Shown: one piece after another, positions 14,732-27,499 of the stretch
How the letters are laid out: the number at the start of each line of letters is the position of its first letter
How positions within the stretch are numbered: position 1 is the first letter of the stretch
Assembly: GCF_044704955.1 (NCBI RefSeq)
Contig: NC_091984.1
Span: forward strand, 147,870,001-147,934,000
DNA from: Pristiophorus japonicus
Lineage: Eukaryota
Reading direction: 5' to 3'
Length of the DNA stretch: 64,000 nt
The notes under the pieces: generated by a model
Seen by the model: the letters and a program-made list of their open reading frames with translations, nothing else
The model's database searches: none
What the model was told of the DNA's origin: nothing
Program-made: the position numbers and the translations under genes

Positions 14732-16659
14732 TGCAGGTGGTTCTCTCAGCCGTACCAAAAACGCACCTCCTACTACAAGTTCTGGATGATAGGGATTATA
14801 TGGACAGATGAGACTTGGACACACGTTTTTCGTGTTCAACCGTATTGTGTTTAATAAGATTAACAACACCACTCATAAACAGTGCAAAACAGTACAACCC
14901 TGGCTTGTCCAATAAGCCCTGCCATGCTAAGTTACCACGGCTTAATAAAAGAACCCTCCCGTGAAATAAACTAACACAGGACCCCCCCCAGCACTAAACC
15001 CCTTGGGTTTGGTTGGGTCTTACAATCACCCCCTCACACAGCTAAGTGATCTTGTGGATGTGTAGGCGCAGGCAATATGCTCACCCTGATTGCCCGTTGT
15101 CTTGCTTGCAGCTTCTTCCTGAACGTCTCACTCCTGGGCTTTTTCCTGGGCTTTTTCCTGGGCTTTTCTGGAGCTTTTACCGGAGCTTTTTCCTGGGCTT
15201 TTTCCGGAGCTTTTTCCATAGCGTTCTTCCACCTGAGCTGGAGTTTGTTGCAAAGTGGCTCCTTCTATCCCCAAAACTCATCACTTCTTCCGCCCGCCAA
15301 TACCGACCGATGGATTGACTCCGGTGATCTGTCTGGACCCCTCCTCCCCCCGCTCCCCCCCGTGGCCTGGAGTGGCTCTTAGCCTTTGAAATCTTTGTGA
15401 AAAATGATATTTTATTTTCCCGTTCCCAGGCCTTGCATCTGGAGAGACAATGGGTGCTGATTACTGGATGTCTGTCGTTTCCTGAGTTGATGGCCCCCAT
15501 TAGCAGGTAATGTGTTTCGATCACAAACCGATCTTACTTAACCGGTTTATCTCCTGGAAGACAACGGCCCGGCCATTTCCTGCCTTGCACCAGTTTGGGT
15601 TGGGACTGAGTAGTGACTGTGCTTTAATAATGCGAAGGCACAGTGTCTTTGAGTTACCTCTCGGGGTATTGTTCCCAGGAATCACTTTAGATGGTGATGA
15701 CATCAATGGGCCTGGGTCCCCTGTTACCCAGCCTGTCAGTGTGAAATGTCCGGTTGTATATGAATGCAGCTTAGTGCCACCCCCACAAGCTCGCCAAACA
15801 GGACAGTTCTTTCTTGGGGATTTGGATTTCAGGATTTAAAGTATTGTTGATAGAAATGGCCAGAAAGCTGGTGCTACAATCCCCCTGATGATATTTTGTC
15901 ACCAAAACCAGAAATATCTCGATTCCGTCGTCTTCTGCTGCGGGAGGTGCATTGTGGGTCCATAACTGATCAATTACACCCGGGCTCCCGTTTCTTCTGA
16001 TTTCCTGATTCAGACAAACAGATACAACACCACCGTTCTGTGAGCGCTTTTTCCCTCCACAGGTCGGGCTTTCATTATTTACATATATATGCAGTTCGTT
16101 CCGCGTTATCAAGTGCCCCCAGTTAAAATCTCCTGTTGGGGCCTCTTGCGGCTCGCGGCTGGTGAGTAAGGAGGCATCCACGGCGCCCTAGGCCGTGGTA
16201 ACCGACTGTTTCTCCTTACTGTCCCGCCCTCTGGGTCATCATCATCATCCTACACCATGGGAGGAAGACCAGCGTCCACCAGGCTCATTATCGTGCCCTG
16301 GTTTCTCTTTGCCTTTGTCTTCCCCCCCCCTCGGGGTTAAACAACTTGCATTGGTTGATATGGCAGCATTTTGTATGTTTCGGGAGTCTGACTGCATATA
16401 CCATGTGGCTGGCCTTATCTACGATGTTATAAGGCCCCATGTACAGTGGCTCGAATGCCCCCACTCGGGCACAGTTCCTGAACATTACCTGGTCTCCCAC
16501 CTTCCACTCGTGGCTTCTCCGGGGCTCGAGTAGCAACCGATGTTTCCCGGTGCTGGTTCCCCAGGTTACTGGCTGCCTGCCAGTGAATCTGTTTTAAAAC
16601 CTCAAACAGATTCTGGACAAACCTGTCCCGGTTTACCTCCCGGTCATGAGCTCATGTGC
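14732..16659 (-). mobile_element. 3' remnant of endogenous retrovirus-like element 2 (integrase C-terminus, unknown 3' region, 293-bp LTR)
   Basis: ORF 16288-16536 (WKVGDQVMFRN..FEPLYMGPYNIVDKAS) is paralogous to the integrase tail at 19018-19536. PPT-like GAGGGGG at ~15029-15035. LTR at 14732-15024 starts TGTAAG; the other-arm copy ends CCTACA. Confidence 0.78.
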
Positions 16660-17644
16660 TGTAGGGTGTTGGTTTTCCACTCTACTCTGATTCATAGACC
16701 TCGGGATTTACAGGAAGGACTCCACGTAATGCAAAGTTTAGGCTTAAACCCAACTGTTAGTTTATTACACAAAAAACAATTAAACATTACAGAACAAGAC
16801 TTCTTAGAGATTGACCGAAGACATACAATCACCCATCCAGCCAGTTGCTACTGTTGTCCATTGTCGGCTCGTGGAGCGAGGGAAGGTGTTGTGGCCCTGC
16901 TCCTGCTTCGTGGCTGTAGTTCATTGACCTGCTGGTTTGAGATGTTTCTTCAACCTGTTCTTCCTCTCTCTGAACCTTTGTTCTCAGCTCTTACAGATAT
17001 ATCCATTCGATTATACACATCTCCTGCTGGGCTGCCTTTCAGTTAATGCAGCTGGATGAGTCTCGATGGCTGTGGTGATGGGTCTGGATCTGTTCGGATG
17101 GCCACAATTCACACATGTAATCGACGGGGCAAAAGATAACTCCTTATCTTTTGTGCCCCGTTATCCAAGAATGCATGCCTTGTGGGATCCTTTGTTGTCC
17201 TGGGTTTTCGCAGACTTGGAGTCTCCAGAGGGAACTGGTTTTCCCCTCCGGCCAATGAATCCATGGGCTGCTCTGCTTGATTGTATCAAACCCTTTGTCT
17301 CGATGTTAATCGGGTCTCACTCCTGACCCCAGAAATCACATTAATCAGTGATCAATCATCACCTGCCCCAGGCTGGTGCTCTTTCTCCTGCCCAACAGTC
17401 CCAAAGGTTTTCTTTTAAGCCATTTTAGTCCATGGCCTCTTGCTGTGCCTCGATCACAAAACATATAACCCTTACACTTCCCCCTTTAATATCTCTTGTT
17501 ATAAACTCAGAGACATTACTCTAGGTGGCTTCTTCTTCTTTCCCTTGAGCCCTTTTGGGTGTATTGCAGTCTTCAGTCAAATCTCCATATTACATACTTT
17601 TTACAACAAAACAATGTTTGGCCTTAATCCATCTGACTTCAGTT

Positions 17645-18829
17645 TATACTTTTACAAACACTTTCGCCTTGGTTGATTTTAATAACCTTTCAAGATTCCC
17701 TTCCCTCATCTTTTGCTTTAATTAACAGGACAAGACGAATTGATACAACACTATTACCAACTGTACAATTACTAACAAGTGTGATACGATTCGAACCCAG
17801 GAGGGGATCTCAATATTGAGTCCCACATCCCACTGTGGAGGGGCAATCATTTCCCCAATTTCCACCCTTACTTTTTCATTCTTTTGTTGTAACGTGTAAT
17901 AATGTTTGTGGGACAACTCGATGTTCTTTAACAGTTCAGTCAAATGTTCGGGTCACGGTGGGATATAGTATCCAACACGCGATATGTATCCCTGGAGGTT
18001 CGTAACGTATCATTGACTGTAATACGGATATTCTTGTGGTCTGAGATAGGAATTATTCTTTCTTGTGCTAACTGTGCCTCAACCTGGGGTTTGAAACAAA
18101 AGGAAGAATCTTTCAGCATTTTAGGGAGAGGTTTTAATCTGCTCGCAATCAGTTCGATCGCATTGACTGCCTTTGGTCAAGGTCACACAGGAATCAAAAC
18201 CCTGCGTCCAATTCATTCCTGACCCGGAATCCTGCCATTGTCATTTAAAAACAATCCCCACACCTCCCCTGCACTTGTGGCTAGATCCAACCACACAGAC
18301 ATAAATCCCTTGTTCCTCCTTCCACCACTTTTCCCAACACAATTTCACCCCTTCTCTTGTTCCTGTGCTCCACCTGTTTGAGTTTTTACCCAGTTTCTCC
18401 CATTCTGTGGATGCATTAACTTTTCCCCTGTCTTTTTTCTGTAACCACCACCACCTTCCCATGGGGGTAATCCCTTTACATTCCAGACAAACTCGTCTCC
18501 CCTCTCTCACCCGTACATTCCTGGCCGTGATGTTTAGCCTGGGGCAGGACACTGACACCTCCCCAAGTTTACCCTCGGTTTGTCTGGAGTACTTGGTCGA
18601 ATTTGACCCTAACCACCCTGGCCAGCTCCCAGTGTGAGCATAGGCGTTTGTGCCCTTGTTGCTCCGTATGGCTCCCCCTTGAGTTACAGTGGGGCCGGTT
18701 CCTCCCATACACCCGTGTGTAAGGAATGTCTCGGTGTCTCCCCGATCTCCCAATCCTTTAATAATAATGGCCATCCACAGGCCTATCCACAACGTCCACC
18801 TCCTCTCGTACCCTTGGCTCGATTCGCTC
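17645..18829 (-). pseudogene. env: env-like gene: signal peptide, Ig-like domain, heptad repeat, transmembrane segment (probably internally deleted, frameshifted)
   Basis: Splice acceptor TTTCTTTCATTTTTGTCTTTATAG at 18830. Hydrophobic WTLWIGLWMAIIIKGLG. Ig-like pattern VRVREGRRVCLEC..W..GIYVCVV. Heptad repeat LTELLKNIELSHKHYYTLQQKNEKV. TM segment IVSHLLVIVQLVIVLYQFVL. Confidence 0.7.
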
Positions 18830-19017
18830 CTATAAAGACAAAAATGAAAGAAATACCTTTGCTCTGTGGGGCCTCCCCCTCACAGGTCCTCCTTCAGTTA
18901 TTCACAAATGTACATAACTCCTTTTTACAATCACTGCTTCCCTCTCCTTTTATCCCGATGCTTGGGCTTACGGAGGCTCGGGGATGGAGATGTAGGAGGT
19001 GTCCAGGGCACGCTAGG

Positions 19018-22000
19018 TCACAGTACCTGACCACTCCACCTTACTGCTCCGTCCCTTACTTCTCCATCCTCATCATCCCACAGTATTGGTGGGAGGCTTA
19101 CACTGATCAAACTCATTATTGTTCCTGGGACCTTGGCCCGCTTTTTACTTTTCTCTCCGGGGTTGTACAGCTTACACTGGTTTATATGGAACCATTTTTT
19201 ATGTTTTGGCAGCTGGATCGCGTACACCATAGGGCTTGCCTTGTCTGCAATGCTATATGGTCCTTTGTACAGTGGTTCAAATGCCCCTATTCTGGTATAA
19301 TTCCTGACCATTACCTGATCCCCTGCCCTCCATTCCTGTGTAACCCGGGGTTCCAGCAGCAGTTTATTCTGCTGGTGCTGCCTGCCCATATTGTTAGCTG
19401 CTTCCCAATGCAGCCCCTTCAGAGTACCATACAGATCTCTGACAAACCTGTCCCGTGTGACCTCTTTAATCTGCGTTTCAGTCAGGACTGGTTCTAGGAT
19501 ATAGGTCGGGGTCATCATTAGTCTCCCTGTCATCATCGCATGTGGGGAGTGTCCCGTACTCTTAGAGAGACTGGCTCGGTGGTTCTTCAGTATTCAGGGT
19601 AGGGTCTCATCCCATTTCTTCGGGGTATCTCCTATTTCCTTCCTAAGCCTCTCTTTTAAGGTCCGGTTTGTCCTCTACTGGATCTAACGATTGGGGGTTA
19701 TACGCCACATGCCATTTCCCCTGTATCCCTAACAGCTTTAGGGTGGCCTGCATTACTGCTCCGGTGAAATGACTCCCTTGATCTGATTCCACTATCAGGG
19801 GCAGTCCCCATCGAGAAAATACTTCTCGCACCAGAACCTTTGCTGTGACTATCGCGGTGGCCGCCCCGACATGGAAAAGCTTCAACCCATTTTGTAAAGA
19901 GATGTATTAACACCAAGCAATATTTATTGCCTCTGCCTGAGGTGGGCAGTGGCCCAATGGAATCTATCTGTATAGACTGCCATGGCCCCTCTACCCTCCT
20001 CGTGTGTCCCAACGGAGCCTTCCTCGGTGGGGGTGTGGATTGTTTGTGGCACATACCAGACAATTCTGGCAATAATCCCTGACATCACTTCTAAGCCCGG
20101 GCCACCATCCCACGGCTTCTACTTTATTCCACATTGTTTCTGGCCCTGGATGTCCAGCTCCTGGACCCACATGCACCAGCTGCAAGAATTCTTCCCTGCA
20201 TTGCCCTGGCACGATCCAACTATCTCCCTTGAACAACATTCCTTGCTTTACTGCTATGTCTGCAGCTCCCAAAGGTCCCGCTACAGACTTCCCATCTATC
20301 TTGTCCCTAATCGCTGCTCTAAGGTCTGCATCCCGTAGCTGAGCCTGTTTTAAATCAGGCGGCAATGGGACTTCTTTGGGCCCCTCTCTGCCTGTTACAG
20401 CCGTGATCTGTCCACAGTGACATGGGTCCCAAGGTGTCCCTTCTCCTGCTCCTGTTTTAGCCAGTGTGTCTGCTTTCTCATTCCCTTCCCACTTGGGCTC
20501 TGTCTTAGATTGTGCTTTGACCTTTTGGATGTAGTAATCCTTCTGGTCCCTACCCGTGACATCCAAAATGACTTATAACAATGGAACCATCACCAACCAT
20601 TTTCCATCTGAGGACTTTAACCCTCGCCTCGCCAATATGGCTAAATACTCTGTACAGGAATTAGAAATGAACATGGAGTCTGAACATATCGTACAGGGAG
20701 TTGGGAATTCGTTTGGGTGTGTGACTACATACGCTACTGCTGCTAGCTCGGTCTGCTGCGTTCTTAAAGTGTTGGGGATTTTATGGCTTTCTCTATCCCT
20801 GCCTCAGGATCGTAAATCCCACAGCCTGTCTTTCTCTCTCTGTTTATTACTGAACTGGACCCAGCTACATAGACGTCCCTGCCTGTCAGGTGTTCTCCTG
20901 CTCAGAATCCCACATCTACATCCCACACTCCTTCCACTGAATACACATGAGCTGTCCCCGGATAAACCAGGCTCGGGGCTAGCTTTGGTTCTCCTGGCCT
21001 CTCGACCTTCAGGTCTAACTGAGTAAGCAACAATGTCCAGCGGGCAATCCTGTTACTGCTCACTGTCCCATCTTTCATTCTACCATCCAGTAACATTTGT
21101 GTTGTGGTGTGACAGGTCAGTAAAGTTACTGTAGCTAACCCTGTGAGCGACCGAAAATGCTTCACTGCCCAACATATTACTAACAGATGTCATTTGCAAT
21201 TCGAAAAGCTCTTTTCTACTTCGGTGAGAACTCGGGAGACGTAGGCCACCGGTCTCAGCTTGCCGTGTCGCTCCTGGAGTAACACTGCACTCAAACTGTC
21301 CCCAGTCATTGCTACCTCCAGACTAAAGTCCTGGTCCCCATTTACTGCTCCCGACGCTGGTGCTGTCTGTAACACCTCTTTTAACCAAATGAAAGTTTCC
21401 TGACAACTCTCACTCCATTCCCACTCTACTCCTTTCCTAAGAAGCCTCAACAAAGGAGCTGCCATGGTTACATATCCCTCTATGAATTCCCTGCAGTAAC
21501 CCGTTATTCCCAGGAAAGACCTTACTCCAGACACGTCCTTAGGAACAGGTAGTTCCTGGACTGACTTTCTCTTAGCTCCATCTATGGCCCTTTCTCCTGC
21601 CCTAATGGTCAAACCTAGAAACTGCACCTCCTCTTTGCCTATTTGAGCTTTCTGGGGATTTACTTTAAAACCTGCTTCTTTCAACAAATGCAGTAACTCA
21701 CGCAATAATGGCCTGTGGTCCTCCGCACTTTCGGAGAATAACAACAGGTCGTCCACATATTGGACCAACCGGTCTGGCTGACTAAAACCGGTTAATGCCT
21801 CGGCCATACTTTGGTGAAAGTTCGAGGGACTGTTGTGAAACCCTTGTGGAAGACATGTCCACATATACTGCTGACCTTTAAAGGTAAAGGTAGATTTATA
21901 CTGGTCCTCCCGTCTCAGGGGAATGGACCAAAACCCGTTTGAAATGTCCAGCACTGTGAAAGTTGTTGTGGCCGCAGGGATACTCCCGATCAAATCCGCT

Positions 22001-22826
22001 ACCACTGCTACCGTGGGCGCACAGGCTGGAATATTTTTATTCAGGATTCGATCATCTACCGTGGCCCTCCATGAGTTATCGGGCTTCTTTACTGGCCATA
22101 GGGGTGAGTTTACATGTGTGGCTATGGTCCTCAACACACCTTGATCCACCAGGGAATTTATAGCAGTTTCCAAATCCCTTTCTGCTTCCCGGGGAAAATT
22201 ATACTGTTTTTGGGGTCGTGTCATCGAATCCCCGTCTATCTTCACCTCTACCCCAGATACTCTCCCGCAATCGTGCTTGTGCATTGCAAACGCATCCATA
22301 TTCTACCGTACATACCTTGATACCGGGCCGGAATGTTATCGACTAATCGTTCTCAGTCATAACTCTCTTTCGGCTTCATCGTGCAGGTGCTACCTTTGTC
22401 TGCACTGTCCCTGGGAATCACTACGATCTCTCCCATCTTATCTGCATCAACTGCCCCCCATAGACAATTGTTTTCCATATCCACTGTGGTGTGGTGTGCC
22501 AACATGTAGTCGGCCCCGAGAACTCCCGAACCGGGCTGTTCCCACCTCATTAAAATGCCCTCCCATTTCATTATGTTCGGCCCTAACTCTACGGTTAAGG
22601 GTTTCCACACTGCCCCAGCCTGCTCATTACCCGTCAAACCCACCAGTGTAAATGGTACTCCGCTCGACCACGGGGAAGTGGTCGGATTCGGTGAGTGGAC
22701 AACCGTGCTAGAGGCTCCTGTATCTACTAGATCCCTTCCCCTAACTGTTTCCACCTTCACATCCACACATGACCTGCCCCACCCATCATATATGAGCAGA
22801 CACAGGTATTCTGGCTGGGCACACCG
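19018..22826 (-). pseudogene. pol: pro-pol: aspartic protease, RT, tether + RNase H, integrase with GPY/F tail
   Basis: LVDTGAS. LDISNGFWSIP, LPQGFHNSP and YVDDLL lie in a 369-aa ORF (21190-22299). GNEKADTLAK (RNase H). HHCC zinc finger, [18 protein letters not shown] and YKGPY (integrase). Confidence 0.9.
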
Positions 22827-24487
22827 TCACAGTGGGGGTGCCGACACATTGGGTCCCTTTTCTCCCACTGCTGCGTCCAGCTTTCCTCCACCTGTGCCCA
22901 TAACTTGCTGTAATGCGGCCACTAAAACCTGTACTGGGTCGTCGGCTACCTTCTTCTGGCCTTTTCCTGCCTCAGCACCTCGTACCCTGGCTTCCCTCCT
23001 TTAGAGAGCCTACAATCCTTGCTCCAGTGTCCCAACTTCCCACAGTTAAAACACTCACCTTTAGATCAACCCGCATTACCTCCCTCTTGTCTCCATTCTT
23101 TCTATGGCCTAACCTCTCCTTTTACTTCGTGCACCTTCCCGTTTAGTTTCTCCTCCTCCCCTTGCCTGGACTTAAAGCTAGAGTTAATCTTCTCAGCACC
23201 CCTGCCTCTGTATTCTGGAGATGGTCTGGGTCAAACCATACTTCGACCTTTGCTCTGAGCCGTGGCAAACTGTTACCATTACGGTTCTCAGCCAATGGTC
23301 CCTGGGTTCCCCTATTAAATCTGCCCGCTCCAGATTTCCTCCAGCGGCCCTTAAATAAATCGCCCACAGTCTGTCTGCAAACGTATCGGGCGATTCGTTT
23401 ATTTGCTGCCTAGTCTGTTCTACCTGCCAGAACGGACTACCCTGACTGTACCCGAGCACTGCCATCATTTGCTCCTTTAAGCCCTGTGGGGTTCCTGCAC
23501 CTAACTTGGTGGCTGTCGACAAGCTCTGATAAAGCTTCCCCTCCAGCGAGAGCAGTGTTAGCTTCACTTTCTCCTCCTCGCTGCAGTTATTGATACCCGC
23601 TATCTGCTCTATATTAGTAAAATGAACAGAGGCATCTCCTCCTTGCTTTAACTGTACCACACCCGTCAGCATCTCCTGCAGCTGAAGCGGTGTGTATGGG
23701 ATCACTAGTCGCTCTGTAATGGTGCCGGACCACCATTTGGGGGGGTGGGCTGAATTTCTGCTGTCTCAAAGGACACATCGGTTTCAGGGGTCCCGGTGCC
23801 TCGGGAGACGGCCGATGCTCGTGATACTCGGGCCCATCGTCTGACTCTTTCCCCTCTGGATCCCAATCTTCCTCACCTGTTCCAGGTGCCCTGAGACAAA
23901 CCATCCCTTTGGTCCCGTCTAACTCTGCCGTTAATTGGTGGATCTTTTCCTTACAAGGTCCGTGATCTGTTCTCGCGTAACCCTGTTTCTGAGCTACCTG
24001 ATAGGCTATCGACTCTCCTGAGCTGGTCCTCTGCCTCTTTGGCTCTTTCTAAATTTCTTTCACTTTGTTCAATGCGGGTCTGCTGCTGCTTTTTGCACTC
24101 GGTCACCTGGCATTGTAAATATTCAAAGTGATTCCGTGCCATTTCTTCCTTCCTACCCTGGTCCCGCCTTTCCTTCTCCAAACTGCCTACCTCGCCCTTT
24201 AACCCTTTATTCTCCTCCTCCAGCTTTCCTACCCTTTCTCTTAACAGTTGTGTCTGCTTCTGCAGGCACATGAGCCAAACCGCCTTCTTTTTTGACCCTT
24301 TGTGGTTACTACTGACTGTCCACTCTGCTGTTTTTTCCTGCGGATCCCCAGAGTGCAGCATTTCCCGTGCCCATGGCCCTGAAATGTTCAATTTGTTGCC
24401 TATATATGCAGCTACCTTAGCCTCTATGGACTTCCTATGACGACTGTTAGCTGCGGGCTCTACCACGTTTTGCTGCGGTGAGCCCAT
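22827..24487 (-). pseudogene. gag: gag (coiled-coil N-terminus, capsid-like region, CCHC knuckle), frameshifted
   Basis: ORFs 23951-24487, 23614-23904 and 23193-23705. Zinc knuckle CFNCGKLGHWSKDC at ~23012-23053. Confidence 0.8.
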
Positions 24488-24499
24488 TTCCAGTGCTTC

Positions 24500-25170
24500 T
24501 GGCTGAGAAATTCTCCGTGACTACCTTGGTGTCCCCTGAGACCACCTCGCAGTGACCTGCGGTTCCTGTTACTCTGGCTTCTCTCTGTGGCTACCCGAGT
24601 CGACCCGAGACTACTCCAGCATGTCAGAGACTTTCTCTCCTGGTCCCCTAGTCACCCTTGAGATCACCTTTGGCCTCCCTGAGACGACCCCGTGACAATA
24701 TTGGCTTTTCTCTGTGACTACTCCAGTCAACCGAGATTATTCCAGCCTATCCGAGACTGTTTCTCTCCTCAGGCTGCCCTGGCTGCCCGTGAGATTATCC
24801 CTGGCCTCCCTGACACCCTGCGCAGACTACCTGCGATTACTTCTCCCGGTTGCTGCCCTAGTCAGCCGGAGCTCTTCGGCTACTCCTGGTCCCCCTTGAG
24901 ATTCCCTTGGTCTCCCTGAGACCCCTGTGCAGACTACCTGCGGCTTTCTCGGTGGCTACACTCGTCAACCCGGGATTACTCCAGCCTACCCAAGACTGAT
25001 CCTTCCTCTGCTGGCTGCCCTAGCTGCCCTTGAGAGTACAATGGTCTCCCTCAGACCACTGAGCAACTACCTGAGACTTCTTTTCTCAGTGGCTACCCTA
25101 ATCGACGGAGACGACTCAAGCCTATCAGACCCTGTTACTCTCCTGGTCGCCCTAGCCGCCCTTGAGAAGA
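24500..25170. repeat. Degenerate ~110-135-bp tandem repeats (~5 units) in the retroviral 5' leader
   Basis: Recurring blocks TCTCTGTGGCTAC..GATTACTCCAGCCTA..GCTGCCCTTGAGA..CTCCCTGAGAC..GACTACCTG. Confidence 0.65.
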
Positions 25171-27499
25171 TCCTTTTCGACCACCTTAGCTGACCTTAGA
25201 CATAACCAAGCCTCCCTCGGGGTTTTTGCTCTGGTATGTGTCCGTGATACTATTCCCAAAGCCGAGGTCCTGCCGCGGTCACCAATTTCTGTAGGTAGTT
25301 TGTTTTTCACTCTGCTCTGATTCTTAGACCTGGGAACTTGTAGTGGGAAAGGACAACATGTGGCACAACATTTAGGCTTCACCCAGTGTCAGTTTTATTA
25401 TGCACAAAAACCGTCGAAAACTACAGGACTAGACTTCTGAGAGAAATCGACTGAAACCATACAATTGCCCTTCCTGGCTGTAGCTATTGTAGGTTCGTGG
25501 TCATTGGTTGCGTGACCGGTTGGTTCTTCTTCTGGCCGTTCTCTGCAGTGCTGTTACTTCTGTGTACGTTCCGTACAACATGTTCCTCCGTCCATTCATC
25601 TGTTCGTGCTTTCGACCTGTGTCCATCTGTACAGGTGTCCTTCTACTTCTTCTGTGTGCTTCTTCTTCCGTCTGTTCCTGTCCTTGTTCCATCTCCTGCT
25701 GAGCTGCTTCTAGCTCACATATTTATATCCAGGTTATGACTGATCTCCCGCCACTGCGCTTTCTGATAAAGTGTTTGCATCAATACATTGTTTTGTGGTC
25801 CACTTGGTTGATTGATTACAATAATGAACTCGTCTGTTTTCCCATTTGCACACTGAGTCTGCAAGGCTCAAGTTGATTTCTCATCTTAACACCTCATCCT
25901 AAAAAATGTGCAACTGTTGTGGTTCCTTTGTTGTCAGGTCCTTTTACAGACTTGGGGCTAGAACCTCCTCTTTTATTGCCTGTTTAATGCCCACTTAACA
26001 CCCATTTTACCACTGAAATGACATATAACGCCCAGATATCACCCATTTTGGTACAAAATGGAAACTGACGGGCTTTTTTAGGAGACTTGTCGCCGAGCGT
26101 TACTTTCCCAATGGGCTTAACGCAGAGAATAAATATTATCGCCCACCTACTTTTTTGGGGCGGAATCAGCAGAATGGGCAAATTCAGCGCCCATAGTATC
26201 ACCCAGCGTTACTTTCCTCATGGAATTAATGCCGAGATTCAACATTAACACCCGGCGACTGTTTTTTGTCATGAACAGCATATTTACCCAAAGTAACGGC
26301 CATGGAGATCACCCACCGTCAATTTCACCACCTCGTACACATATCGCCCACAATATCGCTCGCTCAAAAAACCACCCACAAAAAGTGGAACTAACCAGAA
26401 CGAATCACAGCGTTATGGACGCCGTGATGTAGATCACATGTCGCGTCCTTTCACCTGGGCGGAGTTCGGATGTACTCTGCAGGTCGTTGGAGTTGATTTG
26501 AATATCTCTGAAAACATCTTGACCACACTGTGACCAATTGGAATTGAAGAGGTGTGCTCGTCGGGACATTCTTTGCTTGTGTGCAATCGGTGACAGACAC
26601 AGAGCTACTGCAATGGGGCCTGTCCTTTCTCACCCTCTCTTGGTGACCAAATATATGCAGCAGACTCAACATCGCTGAAGGAACGCGACATTGCATTATG
26701 TGCCCAATGTACGAAATAACAGTCAGATGAGGAGGACCAGACATTACACCCCCCGCAAATACAAGGAGAAGCATTCTTACCTCGACTTGCCTGACACCAC
26801 CTGCCTTCGGAGACTGCGCTTCCACAAAGAGGTTATCACTGAGGTATGCCAGCTGATAAGGGCAGGCCTACAGCCTACCAGCACCATCAGAACTGCACTG
26901 TCCGTCGAGGTCGAAGTCACCACGCCACTATCGTTCTATGCTTCGGGTTCTTTTCAGGCCACAGCTGGCGACATTTGCAGACTTTCTCAGCATGCCACAC
27001 ATTGCTGCATTAGACAGGTCACTGAAGCCCTGTACGCACACAGGAGGGACTTGATCAGCTTCCCTATGACCAGGGAGGCACAGAGTGAGAGGGTTCGAGG
27101 TTTCTCCAGAATTGCAAACTTCCCCAAGATGCAGGGAGCAATAGACTGTACGCACATCGCGATGTGGGCACCTTTTCAGGATGCCGCAAGGGATTCCACT
27201 CCCTGAATGTCCAGCTGGTTGTCGACCACCAGCAAATTATACTGGCAGTGAATGCTCAATTTCTGGGCAGCATCCATGCTGCACACATCCTGCGTGAGAG
27301 CATTGTATCTGACTTGTTTAACATTGAGCCACAAGGTCAATGCTGGAAACTTGGGGCCAAAGGATATGGCCTTGCCACCTGGCTGATGACCCCATGTGTG
27401 ACACCCACACTGAGGCCGAGAGGTGATACAACGAGAGCCACAGAGCAACTCGCAATATTATGGAGAAAACCATTGGAGTGCTGAAGCAGCGCTTTAGAT

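Larger units (their letters stand above)
1..15880. repeat. Left arm of a large inverted segmental duplication, interrupted by CR1 and Gypsy insertions
   Basis: Segments 1-146, ~3935-4739 and 14038-15880 are the reverse complement of one continuous block at 32807-35383. Confidence 0.9.

Noticed and set aside
14157-14811. Long repetitive ORFs (also 33821-34281, 58299-58772, 62799-63261, 63442-63944)
   Set aside because: They are artefacts of tandem or low-complexity repeats.
25404-25412. Perfect RSS nonamer ACAAAAACC in the retroviral LTR
   Set aside because: No CAC heptamer at 12 or 23 bp.
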